Of a DNA stretch of 64,000 bases, positions 19,808-31,470 are shown piece by piece (position 1 is the first letter of the stretch; every line of letters begins with the position of its first letter). Source of the stretch: Hyphomicrobiales bacterium (GTDB lineage: Bacteria > Pseudomonadota > Alphaproteobacteria > SPJN01); contig SPJN01000003.1 in NCBI GenBank assembly GCA_006844605.1, positions 120,019 through 184,018 of the forward strand, given 5' to 3'. The notes beneath the pieces are model-generated. The model was not told the origin of the DNA. It saw nothing but the letters and a program-made list of their open reading frames with translations, and did not search any database. The position numbers and the translations under genes are program-made.

Positions 19808-21889
19808 TTAACCAGCGGCAAAGTCCTTAAAACCCTGCCCCTTGGCGGCAAGGTCTTTCAGAAGATCAGCCGGTTCCCAAACCGCGCCTTCTTCCTTAGC
19901 AAGCACTTCAAGCTCTGCCACGATCTTGTCCACGCCGATGACATCGGCCCAGAAGCAAGGACCACCCCAATAACGTGGCCAGCCATAGCCATAGACCCAA
20001 ACGACATCAACGTCGCTGGGACGGATGGCAATGCCTTCCTGCAGAATTTTTGCGGCTTCGTTCACCATCGGGTACAGCAGACGCTTCAGAATTTCTTCTT
20101 CGGTCAATGTCACCTGCGGCAGGTTTGACTTGGCAGCGAAATCACGAATAACTTCTGCGACTTCATCGCTGGGGATCGGTTTACGATTTTCGTCGTAATC
20201 GTAATAACCCTTGCCAGTTTTTTGACCACGGCGATCACGTTCACACAGAACATCACGTAATGTTTCGCCATTGGACTTTTCTTTGTTCCAACCGATATCA
20301 AGACCGGCAAGGTCTGACATCTGGAACGGACCCATCGGGAAACCGAAATTGGTCAGCGCCCCATCAACATCCTGCGGCAGCGGCCCCTGCATAATCATCT
20401 TCTGTGCCTGCGCCTGACGCTGGAACAAGATGCGGTTGCCGATAAAGCCGGGGCAAACCCCTGACAGAACCGGTGCCTTGCCGATTTTCTTGCCCAATGC
20501 CATTGACGTTGCAATCACATCCTTGCCCGTCTTGTCGCCGCGCACCACTTCAAGCAGGCGCATGACGTTTGCGGGGCTAAAGAAATGCAGACCAATTACA
20601 TCTTCAGGACGGCTTGTAACCGAAGCAATTTCATTCAGATCAAGCGCTGAGGTATTGGACGCCAAAATGGCACCCGGCTTCAGTGTGTCATCAAGGCGTT
20701 TGAAGATGTCTTTCTTCAGGTCCATGCTTTCAAACACAGCCTCGATCACCAAATCCTTGTCGGCAAGATCACTGAATTCAAGCGTGCCAGAGATGAGCGC
20801 CATACGCTCCTCAACTTGCGCTTCTGTGATACGGCCCTTTTTGGCGGTGTTTTCATAGTTTTTGCGGATGATGCCCAAGCCACGCTCAAGCGCATCGGCC
20901 TTCACCTCAACCAAGGTCACGGGAATGCCGACATTGGCGAAATTCATGGCGATGCCGCCGCCCATGGTGCCGCCACCGATGATACCAACAGATTTGATAT
21001 CACGCTTGGGTGTGTCTTTCGGCACATCAGGAATTTTCTGGGCCTGACGTTCAGCAAAGAAGAAGTAACGCTGCGCCGCGGACTGAACGCCCGTCATCAG
21101 CTTACCGAATTCTTCACGCTCCACCTTAATGCCTTCATCAAACGGCAGGTTTACAGCCGCTTCAATACATTTGATGTTTGCTTCAGGTGCATCAAAGCCG
21201 CGGAACTTGCGCGCGTTCTTGGCACGAAAATCTGAGAACAAGCTGGCGTTTTCGCGCGCTGACTTCAACTTTTCATCATTGTCGCGAATACGGGTCAGGG
21301 CACGGCCTTCTGCAACAACCTTCTGGGCAAAGGCAATGGCCCCGGCCCGCAGGTCATCAACCACCTCTTCAATCAAACCGCTTGCCAAGGCCTCTTTGGT
21401 GCCAATCTGCGCCCCAGAAGTCATCATGTGCAGGGCTTGTTCAGCGCCAACAACGCGCGGCAAACGCTGCGTGCCACCGGCACCGGGCAGCAGGCCCAAA
21501 TTCACTTCCGGCAAACCAAAACGTGCTGAGGCGATGGCAACACGGAAGTGCGCTGTAAGGGCGACTTCCAATCCGCCACCAAGGGCGGTGCCGTGAATAG
21601 CGGCAACAACAGGCTTGGTGCTGTTTTCAATGGCTTCTTGCGCATCGAACAGGCTGGCACCTTTTTGTGCGCCACCAAATTCTGAAATATCAGCGCCGGC
21701 AATAAAGGTACGGCCTGCGCAGATGATCACAACGGACTTAACCGCATCATCTGCAATCGCAGCCTTCATGCCTTCAAACAAGCCATCACGCACGTGTGAG
21801 CTCAACGCATTCACGGGCGGGCTATCAATGGTGATGACGCCAACACCATCTTCTACGGAAAAATCAACAGTCTGTGAAACAGCGGTCAT
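19808..21889 (-). CDS. multifunctional enoyl-CoA hydratase/3-hydroxyacyl-CoA dehydrogenase (FadB/FadJ-like)
   Basis: PPVNAL, FIAGADI, GGGLE, PGAGGTQRLPR, GGGTMG, NTS, HFFSPA, GFIGNR. Confidence 0.93.
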   Translation of the reverse strand: MTAVSQTVDFSVEDGVGVITIDSPPVNALSSHVRDGLFEGMKAAIADDAVKSVVIICAGRTFIAGADISEFGGAQKGASLFDAQEAIENSTKPVVAAIHGTALGGGLEVALTAHFRVAIASARFGLPEVNLGLLPGAGGTQRLPRVVGAEQALHMMTSGAQIGTKEALASGLIEEVVDDLRAGAIAFAQKVVAEGRALTRIRDNDEKLKSARENASLFSDFRAKNARKFRGFDAPEANIKCIEAAVNLPFDEGIKVEREEFGKLMTGVQSAAQRYFFFAERQAQKIPDVPKDTPKRDIKSVGIIGGGTMGGGIAMNFANVGIPVTLVEVKADALERGLGIIRKNYENTAKKGRITEAQVEERMALISGTLEFSDLADKDLVIEAVFESMDLKKDIFKRLDDTLKPGAILASNTSALDLNEIASVTSRPEDVIGLHFFSPANVMRLLEVVRGDKTGKDVIATSMALGKKIGKAPVLSGVCPGFIGNRILFQRQAQAQKMIMQGPLPQDVDGALTNFGFPMGPFQMSDLAGLDIGWNKEKSNGETLRDVLCERDRRGQKTGKGYYDYDENRKPIPSDEVAEVIRDFAAKSNLPQVTLTEEEILKRLLYPMVNEAAKILQEGIAIRPSDVDVVWVYGYGWPRYWGGPCFWADVIGVDKIVAELEVLAKEEGAVWEPADLLKDLAAKGQGFKDFAAG

Positions 21890-21981
21890 ATTCTGCCCTC
21901 ATTTATATCTGTATTTAGGATTGAACTGAAATTTTGTGGGGCCATAGTAACGGGTTCGCAAGCGAATAAAAGGCAAGAAAT

Positions 21982-22455
21982 TTGACTTTTTCAGCGAAAG
22001 ATTGGTTGCGCGTGTCCTGTGCGGGCATATTGGCTGTTTTATTGTGGCAGGCAATCACCCAGCCCCTGCTTGACGTCACGCAACTTTATATTTTCAGTGA
22101 CGAAATTAGCCTTGTCGGAATTATCAAGGGGCTGTGGAATAGTGAAGAACGCCCGCTGGCGTCTTTGATCTTTGCCATCGGGATTGCGGCCCCCTTTGGC
22201 AAATGTCTGATGTTGGCGATTTCACGCCTGCCCGCAGCCAAATTTGAAACGCACTTGTTTGGCGTCCTCAATATATTTTCCAGCCTAGATGCCTTCATCG
22301 TTGCCCTGACAATTTTCTACGTCAAGATGTCTGGCTTATCGAGCGCGCAAACCCGTGCCGGGGTTTTGTGGCTGATCGGATTTATCATCCTGTCAAAACT
22401 GGCTGAGTTTGCCTTTGTCGGGCGATCACACACACAGGAACGGGGCCACCCCTAA
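21982..22455 (+). CDS. PqiA-like membrane protein (short, stand-alone)
   Basis: Four TM segments, SLVGII..LW, P..K and S.LD.F.VAL pattern. Confidence 0.65.
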   Translation: MTFSAKDWLRVSCAGILAVLLWQAITQPLLDVTQLYIFSDEISLVGIIKGLWNSEERPLASLIFAIGIAAPFGKCLMLAISRLPAAKFETHLFGVLNIFSSLDAFIVALTIFYVKMSGLSSAQTRAGVLWLIGFIILSKLAEFAFVGRSHTQERGHP

Positions 22456-22502
22456 AGGCGACCCCGCTTCGTGTTTTGTTCAATCATGCAAGTCAGGACT
22501 GC

Positions 22503-23600
22503 TTATTCTGCCGCTTCGGCCTGACCGCGCAAATTTACCCGCTCAAGGAACTTGATGCCGTCAGCCGCGATGGCGTCACCGACCATCTCGTCACCTTCGT
22601 TCTTCAACTCATCCATATCGACATAGGTCGCATAAAGCGCCTTGGTCCGGTCTGTAATGATGCCCGCATTCAACAATGTCTTGATCAACACACGGAAGAT
22701 TGAAGACTGACGGCCCATCACTTCACGGCGTTTTTCAACCGTGATGACCTTGGCAATTTCAGCGGTTGCCTCTTCCCAATCAATGCCAAACTTTTCATAG
22801 ACTACCCGTTTTTCAAACGGCGCGCCCAGATTGAACAGCAGGGTCTGGAAACATTCTGCGGCCCAGTCTTCGATGATGTGACGCTCTTCCTCAGACACGT
22901 GGGGCATGGTCTTGTCTGCCCAGATTTTGCCGAACTTGTGGTGGAAGGCTTCATCCGTCATGACCAGCTGCGTCAGGTGACGGGCCAGCGGATCATTCGT
23001 AAATTCGAAGATTGAGGCAAACGCCCCCATAGCCAATCCTTCGACCAGCATCTGCATACCCACCAGTTTCTTGTAAACCTCAGGCGCGTTGACCATTTCT
23101 TCCAGCAGATTGGCCAGCGTGTTGCCGCAGGGCAGCGGCTCACCCCAGCGGGTTTGGATATAGCGGGAGAAGCCCAATACATGGCGCGCTTCTTCGCGGG
23201 CCTGATTGGATGCATATTCCTGTGCGCCCGGATCCTTCAACACATGACAAAGCGAGGCAGACAGGCTTAACGCGCCCTGCTCACCATGCAGAATGGCAGA
23301 AAGCATCCAGCGGAAGTTTTCATTCACGAAGGCAACTTTTTCTGCATCAGACATGCGCTGCCCGATGGGGGTTGCCATCTCTGCCACAAAATCAAGCGGC
23401 AACATCGGCGTATTCATATCGAAGGGGGTGTCGTAATCGATATATTTCTTATCAAGCGGATCCCAAAAATGTGTATGGGTTGCGGTAATAATTTTATCAA
23501 AATGGGGTGTCCGCGCGTTATAGCGGTCCACTTCAATCATTGATTTGAAATCATCAGGGGCAACTGCGTTATACGCAGCATCTTTTGTAATATCAGCCAT
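22503..23600 (-). CDS. ferritin-like di-iron protein (AurF/desaturase-like superfamily)
   Basis: Paired di-iron ligands HGEQ, EEARH, VEG and DEAFHH. Confidence 0.8.
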   Translation of the reverse strand: MADITKDAAYNAVAPDDFKSMIEVDRYNARTPHFDKIITATHTHFWDPLDKKYIDYDTPFDMNTPMLPLDFVAEMATPIGQRMSDAEKVAFVNENFRWMLSAILHGEQGALSLSASLCHVLKDPGAQEYASNQAREEARHVLGFSRYIQTRWGEPLPCGNTLANLLEEMVNAPEVYKKLVGMQMLVEGLAMGAFASIFEFTNDPLARHLTQLVMTDEAFHHKFGKIWADKTMPHVSEEERHIIEDWAAECFQTLLFNLGAPFEKRVVYEKFGIDWEEATAEIAKVITVEKRREVMGRQSSIFRVLIKTLLNAGIITDRTKALYATYVDMDELKNEGDEMVGDAIAADGIKFLERVNLRGQAEAAE

Positions 23601-23640
23601 TTGCTTTCTCCATCTCCCGGTTTGGTTGGTTTGTTAGTAA

Positions 23641-24336
23641 TCAGGCAACCGCATCATCACGTGTCGTGGCTGTAGCCCCAGCCAGACTATGTGATTGCAG
23701 CACCTGGGTTCCCAATTCATCTGCCCGCAGCTCAAGGCGCGGGCGCGTTTCATCTGTCGCGACAGACAGTAACGACATCACAAGCCCCAAGCGGACCTGT
23801 GCCATAAATGTTTCATTATCAATGCGCCCAATAACCCAGTTGCGCATAGCGCCTGAGTATGACGCCAAGATCATTTGCGCGATCAGGCGCGGCGGCAGCG
23901 AATTGCGCAACAGCCCGTCTGACATGCCGTCAGCCACCACGCGCTCAGCCAATGCCCAAATTTTCAATATGGATTTTGAGGCACGCTCACCCGATTCAAT
24001 ACCCTGAATACCGCGTAATAGGCGTTTGTAGAAATCAGCGTCTGACAGGAATTGTTTCGCCGCCACGCTGACGATCAATTCTGCGCGGGCTATGGAATCG
24101 CCCTCTGTCACCGCAGCGGCAGACATATCCAGCGTGTCATAGGATTGGTCAAGCAACGCGTAGAGGATCTCTTCCTTTGAGCCCAACAGATTATAAAGTG
24201 TTGCGACAGACACTTCTGCGCCATCGGCAAGCGCACGCATGGACAGGCCCGCAACCCCCTCATCCACGATCAGGCCGCGCGCGGTGATCAGGATGCGATT
24301 GCGGCGCTTTTGTTTGCTGCGCTCACGAATGCCCAT
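23641..24336 (-). CDS. TetR/AcrR family regulator
   Basis: RERSKQKRRNRIL..A and HTH LADGAEVSVATLYN..GSKE. Confidence 0.92.
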   Translation of the reverse strand: MGIRERSKQKRRNRILITARGLIVDEGVAGLSMRALADGAEVSVATLYNLLGSKEEILYALLDQSYDTLDMSAAAVTEGDSIARAELIVSVAAKQFLSDADFYKRLLRGIQGIESGERASKSILKIWALAERVVADGMSDGLLRNSLPPRLIAQMILASYSGAMRNWVIGRIDNETFMAQVRLGLVMSLLSVATDETRPRLELRADELGTQVLQSHSLAGATATTRDDAVA

Positions 24337-24389
24337 GAAGTGTGTCTCTTATCTATTGATGCCCTACAGCCGATTTTGCCCCAAAAACC

Positions 24390-24418
24390 AGAACATGTTC
24401 CAAAAATAGAACATGTAA
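24390..24418. promoter_or_regulatory. probable TetR operator pair
   Basis: Perfect palindrome GAACATGTTC (24391-24400) and a second copy GAACATGTAA 18 bp away, 55-80 bp upstream of tetR. Confidence 0.55.
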
Positions 24419-24444
24419 TGGTTTTACTGACAAGGGCCGAAATG

Positions 24445-24473
24445 AAAAAGGGGCCGGAATTAACCGACCCCTT
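24445..24473 (-). terminator. intrinsic terminator after thiC
   Basis: Minus strand GGGGTCGG-TTAATT-CCGGCCCC-TTTTT. Confidence 0.7.
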
Positions 24474-24507
24474 GTCCGGGAACTACTGATTGTAAATGAT
24501 GAAACGC

Positions 24508-26550
<2,043 letters not shown>

Positions 26551-26680
26551 GCCGCAGTTTGCGCGGATCGCAGCCGGGGGTCAAGCCCACTTACCCCCAT
26601 GAAATGACCTAAATCACGTCCCGTTTCAGCCATGTGTAGACGCGAAACTGACACTGCAAACTTGAAAAGGAGGTTTCATA

Positions 26681-27097
26681 ATGAAAACCGGTTTACTTGC
26701 AGCTGCCGCAATCGGCACAACACTCGCCTTCGCCGCGCCCGCCATTGCGCATGACGCTGACAATCATCGCGACAACAAGCGGTATGAACGGGTCCATGAT
26801 GATCATAAAGGCACTCAAAAATACGCCAAAAAGCGGGATCATAGCGAATCGCGCAGTCACAAACGGGAACAAAGCCGCCATAGCGACCGTGAGCGTCGAT
26901 ACAAGAATGAAGAACGGCGCAAGGCACAACAACGCGACTACCGATACGAGCATTACCACAACCACAATTATCGGTCGTCGGGCTACCATCATCACAATCA
27001 TGGGTATTATGACCGACACCGCACCCACTACCATTACTATCAGCCAGCCCCACGGCGCAGCCTGTTGCGGTCAAACATCCGTGTTGGCCTGCACTAA
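26681..27097 (+). CDS. exported His/Tyr/Arg-rich low-complexity protein
   Basis: Strong SD AAGGAGG, signal peptide ending APAIA, own terminator. Confidence 0.8.
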   Translation: MKTGLLAAAAIGTTLAFAAPAIAHDADNHRDNKRYERVHDDHKGTQKYAKKRDHSESRSHKREQSRHSDRERRYKNEERRKAQQRDYRYEHYHNHNYRSSGYHHHNHGYYDRHRTHYHYYQPAPRRSLLRSNIRVGLH

Positions 27098-27115
27098 ACT
27101 GGTGAAAATTGCCTG

Positions 27116-27144
27116 TGCCCTCCCCCTTGGGAGGGCATTTTTTT
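27116..27144 (+). terminator. intrinsic terminator
   Basis: TGCCCTCCC-CCTT-GGGAGGGCA-TTTTTTT. Confidence 0.85.
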
Positions 27145-27255
27145 GCCTGTCCGGACGAAATCGACCCGCAACCCCATAATTGCCCAGATTCAGCGCTTTG
27201 CAGAACGTCTGAACTTCTCTACAAAGAGGAAAATCAGTTCGTTTCGGAGACTCAT

Positions 27256-30200
27256 ATGCGTTCGTCTACCTCGCGCCGCTCAATCGCTGTTGTTACGGCA
27301 TTGGGCTTGGCAGGCCCCTTGGTTGCTTTTGGATTTCCCGCTGCGGCGCGGACTGTCAGTTCGACAGAAACCGACCAGATCAAAACAAATGATCAGGATG
27401 CCACAGTCATTGTAACCGGCACTGGCGATTTACAGGCAAACTGCCTAAACACCGTTGGTGTCCCCGATGCCGCGATTGAGGCCCTGACGGCCAACTACAA
27501 CATCCGCATCGACGAAAACGGCCAAGTGACATTGGTCGATACGGGCCCCGGTTGCACCGCCCCCTCTAGCGCATTGCGCCTGAACAGCGGCTTTAACGGC
27601 AACGTCACAATCAACGGCCTACTTTCTGCCGGTGACACGGACGGTGACGGTGACGCGGACACCGCGATCCACATCGGTGATTTCCTCGGCAACAATAATG
27701 ACAGCACCGCAAATATAACAATTGGCGCAAACGGCAGCGTAAATGGCGACCTGATCCTTGGCGGCAATGACAGCATTAACCTGACCAATAATGGCGCCAT
27801 CAACGGCTCATTCCTAATTGAACATACAGCGGGCACCCCGGCGGTCACCCTGATCAATAACGGTGTGATGGATTCTGGCGCCAACCCCATCCTGATCAGT
27901 GACACCTCAACCGGGGCTGCGGGTACAACAATTATCAACAATGTCGGCACGTTTGACGCCAATGGTAATCTGGACCCTGCATTCGGTGTCATGACCGGCG
28001 ATTTGGTTTTGGATGGCAATGATCGGGCCTATTCCATCACAAACTCAGGGATATTCACCGGGGAAATCAGCTTTGGCGCGCCCACCACATTCGGTGGCGC
28101 GGCAGTCAACAATAGCGGCACCATGACGGCCGGTGCCAGCGGCAACATATTGCTGGTTAATGACCTTGGCGATGACACAACAGTCCTGTCATTCACGAAT
28201 AGTTTTCTGGGCACCATCACTGGTGACCTTGTCTTTGGCAATAATGGCGATCACAGCCTGACAAACAGTGGCGACATGACTGGCACGATTTCATTCGGTG
28301 ACGGTGATAACAGCGCAACGCTTGCATCTGGGTTTGTGCAAGCCACTGACAGCGTGACACTGCCCACACTTCCCCTGCTAAGCATGGGCGCAGGTGCAGA
28401 CAGCCTGTCCCTTAGCGGCAGTCGCGTGCAGGCACAGGAAGGCTTTATCACCGAAACCACAGACGCAAACGGCGCTGTCGATGGTTTCACCTTTGGTGAT
28501 GTCGCTGACATTCAGGCAGGCACCTTGATCGACATGGGTGATGATGATGATGAGGTCACAATCGCTGGCGGGGCCATCGGGGGCGCAGATACGCTGCTTG
28601 ATTTGGGCACCGGCGCGGATACCCTGACACTAACGCTGAACCCCTTGGCGGCAGTAGACATAGACGAACGCAGCGTCATTTCAGGTGGGGCCGATGAAGA
28701 CACGCTTGCCTTCAATGTTGCCGCCCATGAAGACGGGTTTGAGTTTACCGACTTTGGCCAGTTCGCTGATTTTGAATCACTGCAAGTGACAGCAGGCGCG
28801 TTGATCCTGAACCCTGATGCGAACCTGTTCGGCGTCAGCGGTGGCACGTTGACAATCAATAGCGGCGCAACATTGCAAGTTCTGGACAATGCCAATGTCA
28901 CCAGTGAATTTGCAACAGGCGTCATTGATGGCACGCTGCGGGTTGACGGCAACCTGCCGCTTGTTGCTGCAAACGGCACATTCACTGTCAACGGCACCGG
29001 TCTTTTGCAGTTTGGCATCACGGACGTCACAGACCCGACACTAAACGGTATCCTGCAAAGCGGCGGCGGCAGCACAACGGTTACATTGGCAGATGGCAGC
29101 GCGGTTGAGCTTATTCTTGCGGATCAACTCAGCACCGGATTTACAACTATCGGCCAGACCGCAACGGTAACACTTGTCGAAGCGGATACGATTACCATCG
29201 CTGATCAGACCACAATTCTGGCAGACAATGATCCGTTCCATGAATTTACGCTGATCGACCCCACGACGACACCCGGCTTGCTACAAGTTGAGATCGGCCG
29301 CACACCCGGCTTCCAACAACTGGCTATTAATGCTGGCCTTGCCGGTCATGTTGGCACCATTGGCGCGGCGCTGGACGCAGAATATGCCGCCTGTAGCGAC
29401 ACGGAGCGTGATGGCAGCGATGCGGCCAGCAGCTTTACAGCTTTTTGTAATGCCGTATCAATCTTGGGCGTAACCTCAAACAGCGCAAACGACAATCTAG
29501 GCATTGTCGGATTACTGGCCGTTGCCGCCCCTGATCGCACAAGCGGTGAGCACACAATGCGTGTGGATACGCAAAAAATGCTGCATTCAATCGTTGAAAA
29601 ACGTGCAGACATTTTGCGGTCGCGCAGCCGTGCCCTTCCCGCCGGCGTCGGCACAGGTCAAATCGACAAGCCGCAACAGCAAAGCCGCCTAACAGGTAGC
29701 GACCGCCAGATTGCTGGCCTGACGGACAATCTGACCAATGAGATTGATGGCACAGGTGCCGGTGATCTGGTTGATTTTGGCACGGGCCTTGGTGCCGGGT
29801 CGGTTTGGAGCGCCCATCACCTGTGGATGCAAATCTACACAGCCTTTTCTGAGCGTGATGACAGTCGGTTGGTCGGCGGATATGACGGCGAACAATATGG
29901 CATCGCTTTCGGCTATGACTGGCGCGCCAGCCGCACATGGTTGTTCGGCGTCTATGGCGGTTATGGCCTGTCAGAGGTTGACGGCAATGATTCATCTAAT
30001 GAGCAAGTCGAGATCGACACCATTTCCGGTGGTGCCTATATGAGCTGGTTTGACCGCTATACAAGCTGGTCATCAACCCTGTCATTCGGCATCAGTGATT
30101 TTGAAGGCGAGCGCATCGGCCTTGCCGGCACAAAGGTCACGCGTAGCCACGATGGTTTTGAAGTTGGCCTTTCATCGACAGTTGACCAGAATATCACGGT

Positions 30201-30639
30201 TGCCAAACATTTGATCCTAACGCCCGCATTCGACCTGAACTTCGGTCTATATAACCGTGATGGCTACACAGAAACGGGCACGTTTGGCCTGACGGTGAAG
30301 AGCAAGACCTCCTATTCGCTCAACACCGGCCTGTCGGCAAAGCTGGCCGCACCCGGCCAAATCGGACGCACTGGTGTATTGCCCTATATCCGCACCGGGG
30401 TTTGGCATGACTTCTTTGATGACAGCGCCGACACCAAGGCAAAGTTCACAGGGTCAAAAGCAGGCTCTACCTTCAAGGTTGATGGCATCGATACCGCCAG
30501 CACGCAGTATCTTGCGGGGCTGGGGCTTGATCTGGTGTCCGCACGCGGACGTGTCAATTTCTCGTTCGGTTACAATTTCATCGGTGGCGACGACACACTT
30601 AGCCACAATCTGAACAGCAATCTGCGCTTCCGTTTCTAA
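27256..30639 (+). CDS. type Va autotransporter with acidic beta-helical passenger
   Basis: SD GGAGA before ATG 27256, signal peptide, xxNxGxIxG repeats, about 280-aa barrel (LWMQ...GYD...YLAGLG) ending LRFRF. Confidence 0.9.
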   Translation: MRSSTSRRSIAVVTALGLAGPLVAFGFPAAARTVSSTETDQIKTNDQDATVIVTGTGDLQANCLNTVGVPDAAIEALTANYNIRIDENGQVTLVDTGPGCTAPSSALRLNSGFNGNVTINGLLSAGDTDGDGDADTAIHIGDFLGNNNDSTANITIGANGSVNGDLILGGNDSINLTNNGAINGSFLIEHTAGTPAVTLINNGVMDSGANPILISDTSTGAAGTTIINNVGTFDANGNLDPAFGVMTGDLVLDGNDRAYSITNSGIFTGEISFGAPTTFGGAAVNNSGTMTAGASGNILLVNDLGDDTTVLSFTNSFLGTITGDLVFGNNGDHSLTNSGDMTGTISFGDGDNSATLASGFVQATDSVTLPTLPLLSMGAGADSLSLSGSRVQAQEGFITETTDANGAVDGFTFGDVADIQAGTLIDMGDDDDEVTIAGGAIGGADTLLDLGTGADTLTLTLNPLAAVDIDERSVISGGADEDTLAFNVAAHEDGFEFTDFGQFADFESLQVTAGALILNPDANLFGVSGGTLTINSGATLQVLDNANVTSEFATGVIDGTLRVDGNLPLVAANGTFTVNGTGLLQFGITDVTDPTLNGILQSGGGSTTVTLADGSAVELILADQLSTGFTTIGQTATVTLVEADTITIADQTTILADNDPFHEFTLIDPTTTPGLLQVEIGRTPGFQQLAINAGLAGHVGTIGAALDAEYAACSDTERDGSDAASSFTAFCNAVSILGVTSNSANDNLGIVGLLAVAAPDRTSGEHTMRVDTQKMLHSIVEKRADILRSRSRALPAGVGTGQIDKPQQQSRLTGSDRQIAGLTDNLTNEIDGTGAGDLVDFGTGLGAGSVWSAHHLWMQIYTAFSERDDSRLVGGYDGEQYGIAFGYDWRASRTWLFGVYGGYGLSEVDGNDSSNEQVEIDTISGGAYMSWFDRYTSWSSTLSFGISDFEGERIGLAGTKVTRSHDGFEVGLSSTVDQNITVAKHLILTPAFDLNFGLYNRDGYTETGTFGLTVKSKTSYSLNTGLSAKLAAPGQIGRTGVLPYIRTGVWHDFFDDSADTKAKFTGSKAGSTFKVDGIDTASTQYLAGLGLDLVSARGRVNFSFGYNFIGGDDTLSHNLNSNLRFRF

Positions 30640-30648
30640 GCGGCAGCG

Positions 30649-31470
30649 ATGGGGCGCAACACACTGATCATCGCCCTGTGCAGCCTGTTATTGGCAGCAT
30701 GTGGCGGGATCAGCGCAGACATCAACCGCCTGTCAAATCGGTTTGAGCCGCTTGGCTTTGCCGTCGATCAAAAACAATATGGCCGCTTCAAACTACGCGA
30801 AGCGGCAAGGCAAGGCGCGCCAAACGGCCCGGTTTGGATAGTCTATGCTGGCGATGGCGTTGCATGGCTGGACACGTGGACCCCTTCGCCGGACCCCACG
30901 CCATCCCCCAAAAACATGCCATCAATTTCTGTAGCGCAGGCAATCGCAAAGCAATTTGCGACCGACACGGTCATTCATCTTTCCCGGCCTTGCCAATTCT
31001 TAACCTCAAATGCGCAGGACTGCGGCACCCGTTATTGGACCCGCGACAGGTTTGGTGACGATGTACGCAACGCCTATCATGCACACGCCACACAGTTCGA
31101 TGGCCGCCCGGTCATATTCGTTGGTTGGTCAGGCGGCGGGGTGCTGGCGGCCCATATGGCCCATATCCGCGCGATGCACAATCGACAGACAGGGGCCTTA
31201 ACACTGGCAAGTCCGCTTGACCTTACTGCTTGGGCACAATGGCATAGGGTGTCCGCCCTGCCGCAGGCCGACAATCCTGCCCAATTTTTGCCGCTCGTCA
31301 TACATCATAGCCATGCAGTTGGATCAAATGACAAAATCGTTCCCCCCGAAACGGTGTCACATCTGCCAAACCAGTTCATAGTACCGATAGACCATCATGG
31401 GCCGTGGCATGAGATTGCGATTCAGGCAGCCCCATCGTTGCGCGCGGCGGTTATCGCGGCCCAACCCTGA
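30649..31470 (+). CDS. lipoprotein alpha/beta hydrolase
   Basis: Lipobox LAAC, nucleophile elbow GWSGG, GSND..VP, late His. Confidence 0.8.
   Translation: MGRNTLIIALCSLLLAACGGISADINRLSNRFEPLGFAVDQKQYGRFKLREAARQGAPNGPVWIVYAGDGVAWLDTWTPSPDPTPSPKNMPSISVAQAIAKQFATDTVIHLSRPCQFLTSNAQDCGTRYWTRDRFGDDVRNAYHAHATQFDGRPVIFVGWSGGGVLAAHMAHIRAMHNRQTGALTLASPLDLTAWAQWHRVSALPQADNPAQFLPLVIHHSHAVGSNDKIVPPETVSHLPNQFIVPIDHHGPWHEIAIQAAPSLRAAVIAAQP

Noticed and set aside
24391-24412. Alphaproteobacterial LexA box
   Set aside because: The GAAC/GTTC spacing does not fit GTTC-N7-GTTC; better explained as a TetR operator
27109-27255. ORF-track N-terminal extension of the autotransporter
   Set aside because: Overlaps the upstream terminator; SD and signal peptide support ATG 27256
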